Shown in pieces: positions 1 through 10,701 of a DNA stretch of 32,000 nucleotides. Source of the stretch: Escherichia coli (lineage in GTDB: Bacteria > Pseudomonadota > Gammaproteobacteria > Enterobacterales > Enterobacteriaceae). A program made the translations under genes and the position numbers. Every line of letters starts with the position of its first letter. Position 1 is the first letter of the stretch. Location: the NCBI RefSeq assembly GCF_022368895.1, contig NZ_CP058714.1. One strand, given 5' to 3'. The notes beneath the pieces are model-generated. The model saw nothing but the letters and a program-made list of their open reading frames with translations, was not told the DNA's origin and ran no database searches.

Positions 1-1673
1 GCACGAACCAAATCCCATTGTTGCAGGATGCTGGCGGTCGCCATGATATCCCACTGGATATTACGAATATCTTCTTCACGGCTAATCATCAGTTGCTGCA
101 ATTGTTGTAAATAATCCAGCTGTCGATCCCAGGCTTCCTGTTTTTGTGCTGCCCAGGAGCACATGCGATAAACGCCGATCCACTCACGCCCTTTTTCGTT
201 TTGCAGCAACTGGTGCCCAATCGACTCGAGTTCACTCCAGTCTTCCTGTTGGTTGATCACTCGCGCACGGAACCACAAGGCCATATGTAGCAGCCCCGCC
301 TGTTCATACTGCTTCGCCAGGTGCTCAATGGTTTGCAGATCGTCACGGTGGAGCAATAAATCCAACAGATCGAAGCAAAGACCATTATCTTCCTGGATGT
401 GGCTTTCGACGTAGCGTTGCAGAAGTTCAATCGACTCATCAATCGCATTACAGGCGTTTAACGCATTGACCAGTTTGCCCAGCAATTCCGCATCATCTGG
501 CGCGTTCAGGTAAGCGCGGCGGAATGTTTCGACGTCTTTTTCTGGATCTGGCTGCGTTTCTTCATCGCTATTTTCAGGTACTTCTACAACCGGACGAGCA
601 AGCAACTCTGCTTCTTTGGCGGCGATTTTTTCACTCAGTTCGAGAAACTCACGATCAACCCCCAGTAACACGCGTAATTTTGGCATGTGTCGCTGGGCCA
701 GTTTCATCGCTATTTTGGCAACCCAGACGGATTCACGCTCCAGCGCCAGGGTAATTTGCAGTTTCGCCAGATCAACCACTTTGCGGTGCGCTCCGGCCTG
801 CGAGCGGTGCTCCAGCATTTTTTGGATGATGCGCGCCAGTTGCCAGTTGTTTCTTTGTGGATGACGGGGAAGTAACACAGTAATGATTTTCAGCCATGAC
901 CCCCATGAATGGGGAGTCAGATCTGACCAACGCGGTAATTCCTCCCAGACTTCTTCGTCCTGCCCGCATAACGCCATGATGTACAGTTTTTTGAGGTGAT
1001 TACTAATGCGGTCGCGGCCCCAGTAATCATTGGCTTCTGTCAGCTCATCAATCAGTATGCGTGCTTCATCATAACGCTGAAGTTCAATCAGAATATCGGC
1101 ACGAGTATAAAGTAATGCATCAATATCATCTTCCCCGGCTGCTTTAACTGCGTCGATTTGTCGATCCAGATAAGCCAGTGCCTCCTCTATTCTTTTGGAA
1201 TCTATCAGTGCACTGGCATATTCAGTGGACAAACACTGAAAACAGCTCCAGGTCGGATCAATCCGCGCGATGGTTTCTTCACATACCGCCATACGTTCAT
1301 TCGCCCAGCCAGGTGCATCAATATTTTCGTAGCAGGCGGATAAATCCTGGGTAACGCAGATAGATTGTGGGCAATCTTTTGTCTCTTCCCGGTGCGCTTT
1401 TTCAAACAGCGCTACCACGTCTGGCAGCACCTTTTCACCTTCTTCATAGTTAGTCAGGCGATGACGCATTTCCCAGTGACCAATAAATATTTCCAGCCAC
1501 GGATTTTTTGCCACCTGGGTAAGTGCTTTTACTTCAGGTAACAGCGAATCGCACTTTTCCATTTGCAGGTGCATAACGCCTTCCGAATAATCATCGATAA
1601 GTTGCGGAATATACTCCTGCCCGGCATCGCGTAACTCCTTAGTATATTTGTGATACCACTCCCATATATCCAT
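1..1673 (-). CDS. Large helical, possibly TPR-like protein, partial (3' end beyond left edge); second gene of a two-gene unit with the Hsp90-like ATPase
   Basis: Manual reading of the minus-strand frame from ATG at 1673..1671 (MDIWEWYHKYTKELRDAGQEYIPQLIDDYSEG...) to base 1 shows no in-frame stop (no tta/cta/tca in the relevant plus-strand triplets). The translation has short helical units such as ESALIDSKRIEEALAYLDRQIDAVKAAG and DALLYTRADILIELQRYDEARILIDEL that resemble TPRs. ATG lies 1 nt after the upstream gene's TAA (TAAAATG). Absent from the supplied ORF track, presumably because it has no stop inside the window. Confidence 0.85.
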   Translation of the reverse strand, partial: MDIWEWYHKYTKELRDAGQEYIPQLIDDYSEGVMHLQMEKCDSLLPEVKALTQVAKNPWLEIFIGHWEMRHRLTNYEEGEKVLPDVVALFEKAHREETKDCPQSICVTQDLSACYENIDAPGWANERMAVCEETIARIDPTWSCFQCLSTEYASALIDSKRIEEALAYLDRQIDAVKAAGEDDIDALLYTRADILIELQRYDEARILIDELTEANDYWGRDRISNHLKKLYIMALCGQDEEVWEELPRWSDLTPHSWGSWLKIITVLLPRHPQRNNWQLARIIQKMLEHRSQAGAHRKVVDLAKLQITLALERESVWVAKIAMKLAQRHMPKLRVLLGVDREFLELSEKIAAKEAELLARPVVEVPENSDEETQPDPEKDVETFRRAYLNAPDDAELLGKLVNALNACNAIDESIELLQRYVESHIQEDNGLCFDLLDLLLHRDDLQTIEHLAKQYEQAGLLHMALWFRARVINQQEDWSELESIGHQLLQNEKGREWIGVYRMCSWAAQKQEAWDRQLDYLQQLQQLMISREEDIRNIQWDIMATASILQQWDLVR

Positions 1674-1674
1674 T

Positions 1675-3510
1675 TTATTTTCCTTGATTAATTAAGACAG
1701 GAATAACCTGAGTAAAATCTTCCAGTGCCTGGTGTAAATCCCACTGCTGTTCTTTATTACCGCTGGAGCACAAAATCACTTTCAGCGATTTTAATAAGCG
1801 TAATGCCGCTGCGGGCTGTTGCTGGTGTTGTAATGCCGTCACCAGTTGCATGATGCAAGGGTTATTAAGGTTGATGTATAAACTTGAGGTTTTCGTTTTT
1901 TGGATTTGTGAAGTAAATTGCCGCGCCAGCATTAACGCTGCGGTGCTGATGCGTTTATCTGCGTCATCCTGTTCGAGAATTTGTTTTAATTCTGCTTCGC
2001 GGTCTGGCGTAACCACTAACGGTAAAACGGCGGGTTCGAAGCGGGAGATAATTAATTGCTCGCCATCGCAGAGATGCTCTTCCAGATAAGCTACCTGCTC
2101 TTCGGGTAATTCCGCCAGGCTGAACAACTGCTCATTACCTGTTTGCGTACCGACTTCGACAATCCGGCAGTGATATAACAGCGCCCAGCGACGTAAAAAT
2201 GGCACGACGGCATAGCGATCGCCACGGGCAACGGGCCGTTGCAGAATGTGGAACAACATCTCTTCAAAACCGCCGTCGCGGCTTAACAGAATATGAATGC
2301 TGTTATTAACGCGTAAATCCTTCGCCAGCAACGCCCCTTTTGACGTTGGCACCTGCAAGCGATCTTTGAGCAAATCAAACAGACGGTCATCACATAATGC
2401 CGCACCGAGCAACGCTTCGTTGTGGCGCATTAATACACGCCGCCAGATTTCTGGCTGATTTTGTGCGAGATCGGACAAACCAGAAATCAGCGCCTCTTTT
2501 AACGCCTCCTGCACCGCAACCCAGGTTTCGTCCCGCTGGAGATCTTCCCGGCTCGCCGTAGGCGTTAGTTTCGATGACTCAATCACGCCGCCAATAAATC
2601 CGGCCCAGGGAGGTAACAACTCACGCGCTTCATCATCCAGTAACATACCGCGCAAAAACAGCGACAGGTTGCGGTTATCGCTGGTGCCGTAGGTTGCGCC
2701 ATCCTGAATCCATAAAATCCCAACCGCGTCGCTCATCCCCACGGGCACCACCGGAATGGTGCAAATCGGTTCGAAGGAGGATTCAAACTGGGCGGCAAAG
2801 GCGAGATTTTTACGCTGTACCAGCGCGCGGTGCATGGTTACGCCTTCGGGGGCAACTTCACGCCACGGTGGTTGAAGTTTATTTACCGGCTCGCTGGCAT
2901 CGCCGACATAGACCGGTTCGTGCAGCAATATACAGTAGCGGGAAAGAACGCGGTTCAGCAAATTGTTACTCGCCAGATGGCTGTACTCTTCTTTGAGCGT
3001 CAGAATCACCTGCGTACCCGTTTCCGAGGACTGATGCGGCGTAACGGTATATTTTTGCCCGTCGGTAGAGTGGTATTTCCAGCTCTGATCCGGCGTTTGC
3101 CAGGATGTGGTCAACACCGTGACCTCTTTCGCCAACACAAAGGCCGACAAAAAACCGAGGCCGAACATACCAATTAAACCGGTGTTGTCATCCTGCTGGC
3201 GCAACATTCGGGTATAACCCACGCCTACTGTCGCCAGGAAGCCGTGAATTTCACTTTCTGTCAGTCCAGCGCCAGTATCGCTAATAGTGATAGTGGACTT
3301 CGCCACGTCTGCCACCACACGAATCGCGTTATCCTTTGGTGCATCGGGCTGCTCAATCCTGCGGCGAACGATCGCATCATGGCCGTTCTGCACCAGCTCG
3401 CGCACGGCAACCACGGGAGTGGAGTAAAGATGCTTACTGAGCACCTCAATTAAGCCGTTTAAATTAACTTCTGTAGAATATGAACTACCAGGTAACTGTA
3501 ATGTACTCAT
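1675..3510 (-). CDS. Hsp90/HtpG-like GHKL ATPase (611 aa)
   Basis: Intact ORF with Hsp90 N-domain motifs: VRELVQNGHDAI (cf. RELISNASDA), ISDTGAGLT (cf. DNGIGM), GLIGMFGLGFLSAFVLAKEV (cf. IGQFGVGFYSAF), GTQVILTL. Middle-domain signature: LFLRGMLLDDEARELLPPWAGFIGGVIESSKLTPTASREDLQRD. The C-terminal third does not read like canonical HtpG. Confidence 0.88.
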   Translation of the reverse strand: MSTLQLPGSSYSTEVNLNGLIEVLSKHLYSTPVVAVRELVQNGHDAIVRRRIEQPDAPKDNAIRVVADVAKSTITISDTGAGLTESEIHGFLATVGVGYTRMLRQQDDNTGLIGMFGLGFLSAFVLAKEVTVLTTSWQTPDQSWKYHSTDGQKYTVTPHQSSETGTQVILTLKEEYSHLASNNLLNRVLSRYCILLHEPVYVGDASEPVNKLQPPWREVAPEGVTMHRALVQRKNLAFAAQFESSFEPICTIPVVPVGMSDAVGILWIQDGATYGTSDNRNLSLFLRGMLLDDEARELLPPWAGFIGGVIESSKLTPTASREDLQRDETWVAVQEALKEALISGLSDLAQNQPEIWRRVLMRHNEALLGAALCDDRLFDLLKDRLQVPTSKGALLAKDLRVNNSIHILLSRDGGFEEMLFHILQRPVARGDRYAVVPFLRRWALLYHCRIVEVGTQTGNEQLFSLAELPEEQVAYLEEHLCDGEQLIISRFEPAVLPLVVTPDREAELKQILEQDDADKRISTAALMLARQFTSQIQKTKTSSLYINLNNPCIMQLVTALQHQQQPAAALRLLKSLKVILCSSGNKEQQWDLHQALEDFTQVIPVLINQGK

Positions 3511-3819
3511 TTTTCAATACTCATAATCCATCACCTACTATTGAAAATACATCGCTGTTTTTACAACCGGTGCAAGGTTTGTTATTTCATTCACTCATCG
3601 GAAACATTTATTTATTGACGCGATGATTAAAACAAAATGTCTTATATAAATAATGATTAATTCTTAAAGGATTAATGCGACTGGAGTATATCGATATAAC
3701 CCGGAGTTAACGAGATAATTTCTTGTGGTGAAATTATTATTTGAATGCTGAATAATATATTGAGGATTATTTAATAGAAAAATAAAACCGCAATCCAGAA
3801 TCAGAATTGCGGTATTTCT

Positions 3820-4656
3820 TTAATTATGAATCAAACGCTGCGGATGGGTATAAACCGTTGCCCGACCCGGTTTACAAAAACCTACCAGTGTCAGATTACA
3901 GCGCTCAGCCACTTCTACAGCAAGCGTGGTCGCGGCAGACACCGCAAACAAAATCTCTACGCCGCACATCGCTGACTTTTGCACCATTTCATAACTGGCA
4001 CGGCTGGAAACCAGCACCGCACCTTGCTGCCAGCTTTCCCCTTCTTGTGACCGGCGGCCTAACAGTTTGTCCAGCGCCACATGGCGACCCACGTCTTCAT
4101 GCCCGCCGACCAGTTCGCCAGATGGCAACATCCAGGCGGCGGCGTGAGTACAACCGGTCAGTTGCCCCACTGGCTGAAAATCATTGAGATGACGTAATGC
4201 ATCATCCAGTTTGTTGAGATCAAACGTCTGGGTGAACGGTAGCGGCTGCACCGGTTTTCCGATGTCATTAAGTTGCTCCACGCCGCACACGCCACATCCC
4301 GTACGTCCCGCCAGTGCCCGGCGACGCTCCTTCAACCCCATAAAGCGGCGGCTGGAAAGCTCAATTTGCACTTCCAGACCATTACAGGAAGGAACGACAT
4401 CCATACCGAAGATATCGCGCGGACTTTCGATAATCCCCTCGGAAAGCGAAAAACCGAGCGCAAAGTACTCAAGGTCTTTGGGTGACGCCATCATCACTAC
4501 ATGCGAAATGCCGTTGTAGACCAGCGCAACGGGAACCTCTTCCGCCACCTCATCTAACCGTGGGTGTTGTAAATCATCACGCCGCCATAACTCAATTTGA
4601 CGAACACCTGTGACACTTGTCACATTTTCGATTTCTTTTTGCTGTGTTTTTTTCAC
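3820..4656 (-). CDS. fdhD: Formate dehydrogenase accessory sulfurtransferase FdhD
   Basis: Protein [28 protein letters not shown]...[13 protein letters not shown]...[12 protein letters not shown] recognised as FdhD, with the CxxC pair; divergent from fdoG. Confidence 0.97.
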   Translation of the reverse strand: MKKTQQKEIENVTSVTGVRQIELWRRDDLQHPRLDEVAEEVPVALVYNGISHVVMMASPKDLEYFALGFSLSEGIIESPRDIFGMDVVPSCNGLEVQIELSSRRFMGLKERRRALAGRTGCGVCGVEQLNDIGKPVQPLPFTQTFDLNKLDDALRHLNDFQPVGQLTGCTHAAAWMLPSGELVGGHEDVGRHVALDKLLGRRSQEGESWQQGAVLVSSRASYEMVQKSAMCGVEILFAVSAATTLAVEVAERCNLTLVGFCKPGRATVYTHPQRLIHN

Positions 4657-4849
4657 TTTCTCTTAACCAGATAAGAACACACACACCAACATTATGGTAT
4701 TCTGTTACAAACCCTTCCTGGATGGAGGGAAATTGAGCCAATTCTGGACCTTTGCGGCCCCTTCCGCAAAGAAAAATAACTCCCACTCCCTGCACACGCA
4801 GCAAGCGAATGTAAATGGGACGTGACAATGTCGAAACAAGGAGCAATCC

Positions 4850-7800
4850 ATGCAGGTCAGCAGAAGGCAGTTCTTTAAGATCTGCGCTGGCGGTATGGCA
4901 GGCACCACGGCAGCGGCACTGGGTTTTGCACCCAGCGTAGCACTCGCGGAAACCCGGCAGTATAAACTGCTGCGCACCCGCGAAACCCGTAATACCTGCA
5001 CCTATTGTTCCGTAGGCTGTGGGCTGTTGATGTACAGCCTCGGTGACGGAGCAAAAAACGCCAAAGCATCTATCTTCCATATCGAAGGTGACCCGGATCA
5101 CCCGGTCAACCGCGGAGCACTTTGTCCGAAAGGCGCTGGCCTGGTGGATTTCATCCACTCCGAAAGCCGCCTGAAGTTTCCGGAATACCGTGCGCCAGGT
5201 TCTGATAAATGGCAACAAATCAGTTGGGAAGAGGCGTTTGATCGCATCGCCAAACTGATGAAAGAAGACCGCGATGCGAACTACATTGCGCAAAACGCCG
5301 AAGGCGTGACTGTTAACCGCTGGCTCTCCACCGGGATGCTGTGTGCTTCCGCGTCGAGCAACGAAACCGGCTATTTAACACAAAAATTCTCCCGCGCGCT
5401 GGGTATGCTCGCGGTCGACAACCAGGCGCGTGTCTGACACGGACCAACGGTAGCAAGTCTTGCTCCAACATTTGGTCGCGGTGCGATGACCAACCACTGG
5501 GTCGACATCAAGAATGCCAACCTCGTCGTGGTGATGGGCGGTAACGCCGCTGAAGCTCACCCGGTCGGGTTCCGCTGGGCGATGGAAGCCAAAATTCACA
5601 ACGGCGCGAAGCTGATTGTGATCGATCCTCGCTTTACACGTACGGCGGCGGTGGCTGACTACTATGCCCCTATTCGTTCCGGGACTGACATTGCTTTCCT
5701 GTCAGGCGTATTGCTGTACCTGCTGAACAATGAAAAATTCAACCGCGAATACACCGAAGCCTATACCAACGCCAGCCTGATCGTGCGTGAGGATTACGGC
5801 TTTGAAGATGGCCTGTTCACCGGCTACGACGCGGAAAAACGCAAGTACGATAAATCCAGCTGGACCTACGAGCTGGACGAAAACGGCTTCGCCAAACGCG
5901 ATACCACGCTGCAACATCCGCGCTGCGTGTGGAACTTGCTGAAACAGCACGTTTCCCGTTATACGCCAGATGTGGTTGAAAACATCTGTGGTACGCCGAA
6001 AGACGCGTTCCTGAAAGTCTGCGAATACATCGCAGAGACCAGTGCTCACGATAAAACTGCCTCGTTCCTTTACGCGCTCGGCTGGACGCAACACTCCATT
6101 GGTGCGCAAAACATTCGTACGATGGCGATGATCCAGCTGCTGCTCGGCAACATGGGGATGGCAGGCGGCGGCGTTAACGCCCTGCGCGGTCACTCCAATA
6201 TTCAGGGGCTGACCGACCTGGGGCTGCTGTCGCAGAGTCTGCCAGGTTACATGACGTTGCCAAGCGAGAAGCAGACCGATCTGCAAACTTACCTTACCGC
6301 CAACACGCCGAAACCACTGCTGGAAGGCCAGGTTAACTACTGGGGCAATTACCCGAAATTCTTCGTCTCCATGATGAAGGCCTTCTTTGGTGATAAAGCG
6401 ACGGCGGAAAATAACTGGGGCTTTGACTGGTTGCCGAAGTGGGATAAAGGCTACGACGTCCTGCAATACTTCGAGATGATGAAAGAGGGCAAGGTCAATG
6501 GCTATATCTGCCAGGGCTTTAACCCTGTTGCCTCATTCCCGAACAAAAACAAAGTGATCGGCTGTCTGTCGAAACTGAAGTTCCTCGTGACCATCGACCC
6601 GCTGAACACTGAAACCTCTAACTTCTGGCAGAACCACGGTGAACTGAACGAAGTTGACTCGTCGAAGATCCAGACCGAAGTGTTCCGTCTGCCATCGACC
6701 TGCTTCGCGGAAGAGAACGGTTCAATCGTCAACTCTGGCCGCTGGTTGCAGTGGCACTGGAAAGGTGCGGACGCCCCGGGGATTGCGCTGACTGACGGCG
6801 AGATCCTCTCCGGTATCTTCCTGCGCTTGCGCAAGATGTATGCCGAACAGGGTGGCGCGAACCCGGACCAGGTGCTGAACATGACCTGGAACTACGCCAT
6901 TCCGCATGAGCCATCTTCAGAAGAAGTGGCGATGGAGAGTAACGGTAAGGCGCTGGCCGATATTACCGATCCGGCAACCGGTGCGGTTATCGTCAAGAAA
7001 GGCCAACAACTTAGCTCGTTCGCCCAACTGCGCGATGACGGTACAACCTCCTGTGGCTGCTGGATTTTCGCCGGTAGCTGGACGCCGGAAGGCAACCAGA
7101 TGGCGCGTCGTGATAACGCCGATCCGTCTGGCCTCGGTAACACGCTGGGCTGGGCATGGGCATGGCCGCTTAACCGCCGCATTCTGTATAACCGCGCCTC
7201 CGCAGATCCGCAGGGTAACCCATGGGATCCGAAGCGTCAGTTGCTGAAATGGGACGGCACTAAGTGGACCGGCTGGGATATTCCGGATTACAGCGCAGCG
7301 CCTCCGGGCAGTGGCGTCGGGCCGTTTATCATGCAGCAGGAAGGCATGGGGCGTCTGTTTGCCCTCGATAAGATGGCGGAAGGTCCGTTCCCGGAACACT
7401 ACGAGCCGTTTGAAACGCCGCTGGGAACTAACCCGCTGCATCCAAACGTTATCTCGAACCCGGCTGCGCGAATCTTTAAAGACGACGCCGAAGCATTGGG
7501 TAAAGCCGATAAGTTCCCGTATGTCGGAACCACCTATCGTCTGACCGAGCACTTCCACTACTGGACCAAACACGCGCTGTTGAACGCGATTTTGCAACCA
7601 GAGCAGTTTGTGGAAATCGGGGAGTCGCTGGCGAATAAACTTGGCATTGCCCAGGGCGATACTGTGAAAGTCTCCTCCAACCGTGGCTATATCAAAGCCA
7701 AAGCGGTAGTGACCAAACGTATTCGCACGCTGAAAGCAAACGGCAAAGATATCGATACCATCGGTATTCCGATTCACTGGGGCTATGAAGGTGTTGCGAA

Positions 7801-7900
7801 AAAAGGCTTTATTGCCAATACGTTGACGCCATTCGTCGGTGATGCGAACACGCAGACGCCGGAGTTTAAGTCCTTCCTTGTGAATGTGGAAAAGGTGTAA
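4850..7900 (+). CDS. fdoG: Formate dehydrogenase-O major subunit, selenoprotein (TGA 5435-5437 read as Sec196; 1016 aa)
   Basis: Two ORFs in the same frame (4850..5437 and 5486..7900) are separated only by TGA. N-terminus MQVSRRQFFKICAGGMAGTTAAALGFAPS is a twin-arginine signal. CTYCSVGCGLLMY is the 4Fe-4S motif. NQARV(U)HGPTVASLAP is the Sec active site. Length matches FdoG. Confidence 0.97.
5435..5474 (+). promoter_or_regulatory. Bacterial SECIS element for UGA recoding in fdoG
   Basis: TGACACGGACCAACGGTAGCAAGTCTTGCTCC immediately follows the UGA. Apical stem GG-(U)-AGCA / UGCU-CC (5449-5466) with loop AGUCU and bulged U, as in fdnG/fdhF SECIS elements. Confidence 0.85.
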
Positions 7901-7912
7901 CGGAGACGACAT

Positions 7913-8815
7913 ATGGCTTATCAATCGCAAGATATCATTCGTCGTTCCGCGACTAACGGTCTGACCCCCGCGCCTCAGGCGCGGGACTTCCAGGAAGAAG
8001 TGGCGAAACTCATCGACGTCACCACCTGTATCGGCTGTAAAGCCTGTCAGGTGGCGTGTTCAGAGTGGAACGACATTCGCGATACCGTCGGCAATAACAT
8101 TGGGGTGTACGACAACCCCAATGATTTAAGTGCCAAATCGTGGACGGTGATGCGATTCTCGGAAGTGGAGCAGAACGACAAACTGGAATGGCTGATCCGC
8201 AAAGACGGCTGTATGCACTGTTCCGATCCAGGCTGCCTGAAAGCGTGCCCGGCGGAAGGGGCAATTATTCAGTATGCCAACGGTATCGTCGACTTCCAGT
8301 CCGAGCAGTGCATCGGCTGCGGTTATTGCATTGCGGGCTGTCCGTTCGACATTCCGCGCCTCAACCCGGAAGATAACCGCGTCTACAAATGTACGTTGTG
8401 CGTTGACCGCGTGGTGGTTGGGCAAGAACCGGCCTGCGTGAAGACCTGCCCAACGGGCGCGATTCACTTCGGTACGAAAGAGTCGATGAAAACGCTGGCG
8501 AGCGAGCGCGTGGCGGAGCTGAAAACCCGTGGTTACGACAATGCGGGTCTGTACGATCCGGCAGGCGTCGGTGGTACACACGTTATGTACGTGCTGCACC
8601 ATGCTGACAAGCCAAATCTGTATCATGGCTTGCCGGAGAACCCGGAAATCAGCGAAACCGTGAAATTCTGGAAAGGCATCTGGAAACCGCTCGCAGCTGT
8701 TGGCTTTGCGGCTACCTTCGCAGCCAGTATCTTCCACTACGTGGGTGTCGGTCCGAACCGTGCGGATGAGGAAGAGAATAATCTGCACGAAGAGAAAGAC
8801 GAGGAGCGCAAATGA
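7913..8815 (+). CDS. fdoH: Formate dehydrogenase-O iron-sulfur (beta) subunit
   Basis: 300 aa with four cysteine clusters ([49 protein letters not shown]...CVKTCP) and a C-terminal transmembrane helix. Confidence 0.97.
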
Positions 8816-9447
8816 AACGACGTGACACCATCGTGCGCTACACCGCGCCGGAACGTATCAACCACTGGATCACCGCCTTCTGCTTCATCCTGGCGGCGGT
8901 GAGCGGGCTGGGCTTTTTGTTCCCGTCCTTCAACTGGTTGATGCAAATCATGGGCACATCGCAGCTGGCGCGCATTCTGCACCCGTTTGTCGGCGTGGTT
9001 ATGTTTGCCTCGTTCATCATCATGTTTTTCCGTTACTGGCATCACAACCTAATCAATCGGGATGATATCTTTTGGGCGAAGAATATTCGTAAGATCGTCG
9101 TCAACGAGGAAGTAGGCGACACCGGGCGTTATAACTTCGGTCAGAAATGCGTTTTCTGGGCGGCGATTATTTTCCTGGTTCTGCTGCTGGTGAGCGGCGT
9201 GATTATCTGGCGTCCTTATTTTGCGCCTGCTTTCTCAATCCCGGTGATCCGATTCGCGTTAATGCTGCATTCATTTGCCGCAGTGGCGTTAATTGTGGTT
9301 ATCATGGTGCATATCTACGCCGCCCTTTGGGTGAAAGGCACGATTACCGCCATGGTGGAAGGATGGGTTACCAGCGCCTGGGCGAAGAAACATCACCCGC
9401 GCTGGTACCGTGAGGTCCGCAAGACAACGGAAAAGAAAGCTGAATGA
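8812..9447 (+). CDS. fdoI: Formate dehydrogenase-O cytochrome b556 (gamma) subunit
   Basis: 211 aa, multi-[37 protein letters not shown]; overlaps fdoH by 4 nt (ATGA). Confidence 0.97.
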
Positions 9448-10373
9448 GTATTCGCATAATCCCGCAAGATGAGCTGGGTTCGAGCGAGAAACGTACGGCG
9501 GATATGATTCCGCCGTTATTGTTCCCTCGGCTCAAGAATTTATACAACCGCCGCGCCGAGCGTCTGCGCGAGCTGGCAGAAAATAATCCGCTGGGTGATT
9601 ACCTGCGCTTTGCTGCGCTTATCGCCCACGCCCAGGAAGTGGTGCTGTACGACCATCCGCTGGAGATGGATCTGACCACGCGCATTAAAGAAGCCAGCGC
9701 ACAAGGCAAGCCCCCGCTGGATATTCACGTTCTGCCGCGTGATAAGCACTGGCAAAAGCTGCTGATGGCGCTGATTGCTGAGCTGAAACCTGAAATGAGC
9801 GGCCCGGCGCTGGCAGTGATTGAGAATCTGGAGAAGGCATCGACTCAGGAGCTGGAAGATATGGCCAGCGCACTGTTTGCCTCTGATTTCTCGTCCGTCA
9901 GCAGCGATAAAGCGCCGTTTATCTGGGCTGCGCTGTCGCTCTACTGGGCGCAGATGGCTAATCTGATCCCCGGCAAAGCCCGCGCTGAATACGGCGAACA
10001 ACGTCAATATTGCCCGGTATGTGGCTCTATGCCGGTGTCCAGCATGGTGCAAATTGGCACCACTCAGGGGCTGCGTTACCTGCACTGCAACCTGTGTGAA
10101 ACCGAATGGCACGTAGTGCGCGTAAAATGCAGCAACTGCGAGCAGAGCGGCAAACTGCATTACTGGTCGCTGGATGACGAACAGGCCGCGATTAAAGCCG
10201 AAAGCTGCGATGACTGCGGCACTTACCTGAAAATTCTCTATCAGGAAAAAGATCCAAAAATCGAAGCCGTAGCAGATGACCTCGCCTCTCTGGTACTGGA
10301 CGCGCGAATGGAGCAAGAAGGCTACGCCCGTAGTTCTATTAACCCGTTCTTGTTTCCGGGTGAAGGGGAGTAA
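9444..10373 (+). CDS. fdhE: Formate dehydrogenase accessory protein FdhE
   Basis: 309 aa, with [35 protein letters not shown]; overlaps fdoI by 4 nt. Confidence 0.97.
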   Translation: MSIRIIPQDELGSSEKRTADMIPPLLFPRLKNLYNRRAERLRELAENNPLGDYLRFAALIAHAQEVVLYDHPLEMDLTTRIKEASAQGKPPLDIHVLPRDKHWQKLLMALIAELKPEMSGPALAVIENLEKASTQELEDMASALFASDFSSVSSDKAPFIWAALSLYWAQMANLIPGKARAEYGEQRQYCPVCGSMPVSSMVQIGTTQGLRYLHCNLCETEWHVVRVKCSNCEQSGKLHYWSLDDEQAAIKAESCDDCGTYLKILYQEKDPKIEAVADDLASLVLDARMEQEGYARSSINPFLFPGEGE

Positions 10374-10551
10374 TCTCTGACGTTTTCCGGGTGGCGCAGG
10401 TCGCCCGGATTACAGCTCATAGGGTGTGACGACACTATCTCTCGTATTCCGCGTTACCCATTCAAGATCATGCCGCAATTGTCTGTTTGCCTCGTTCTTC
10501 CCTCCAACACATCGATAAGGTTATGGGTATGTCACTGATGACAAGCGTATG

Positions 10552-10655
10552 ATTGCCTGATGCGCTGCGCTTATCAGGCCTACCAATAAACTTCAATATA
10601 TTGAATTTGCATGACTTTGTAGGCCGGATAAGGCGTTCACGCCGCATCCAGCATG
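10552..10655. repeat. REP/BIME element (two REP units in opposite orientation)
   Basis: TTGCCTGATGCGCTGCGCTTATCAGGCCTAC (about 10553-10583) and GTAGGCCGGATAAGGCGTTCACGCCGCATCCAGCA (10619-10653). Confidence 0.9.
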
Positions 10656-10701
10656 AACAACGCGCTCGTTGTCAGCAATCTGATTGGTATCATTTTTGCC
10701 A

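Noticed and set aside
3807-4187. 126-aa plus-strand ORF overlapping fdhD
   Set aside because: Antisense to fdhD, with no domain or credible translation context.
4592-5293. 233-aa minus-strand ORF spanning the fdhD-fdoG promoter and the 5' part of fdoG
   Set aside because: Overlaps fdoG and the divergent promoter; no recognisable domain.
5435-5437. In-frame TGA in fdoG as a nonsense mutation or pseudogene
   Set aside because: It is the selenocysteine codon, with a following SECIS hairpin and intact downstream frame.
6917-7930. 337-aa minus-strand ORF antisense to fdoG
   Set aside because: Fully overlaps the well-supported fdoG 3' end and fdoH start; low-complexity, H/R/V-rich translation typical of the antisense frame of a codon-biased gene.
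8126-8788. 220-aa minus-strand ORF antisense to fdoH
   Set aside because: Antisense shadow of the ferredoxin-type subunit; no independent support.
9540-10316. 258-aa minus-strand ORF antisense to fdhE
   Set aside because: Antisense shadow of a conserved gene, with no recognisable domain.
10552-10655. Possible CRISPR repeats near fdhE
   Set aside because: Only two palindromic units with REP consensus and no regular spacer structure; this is a BIME.
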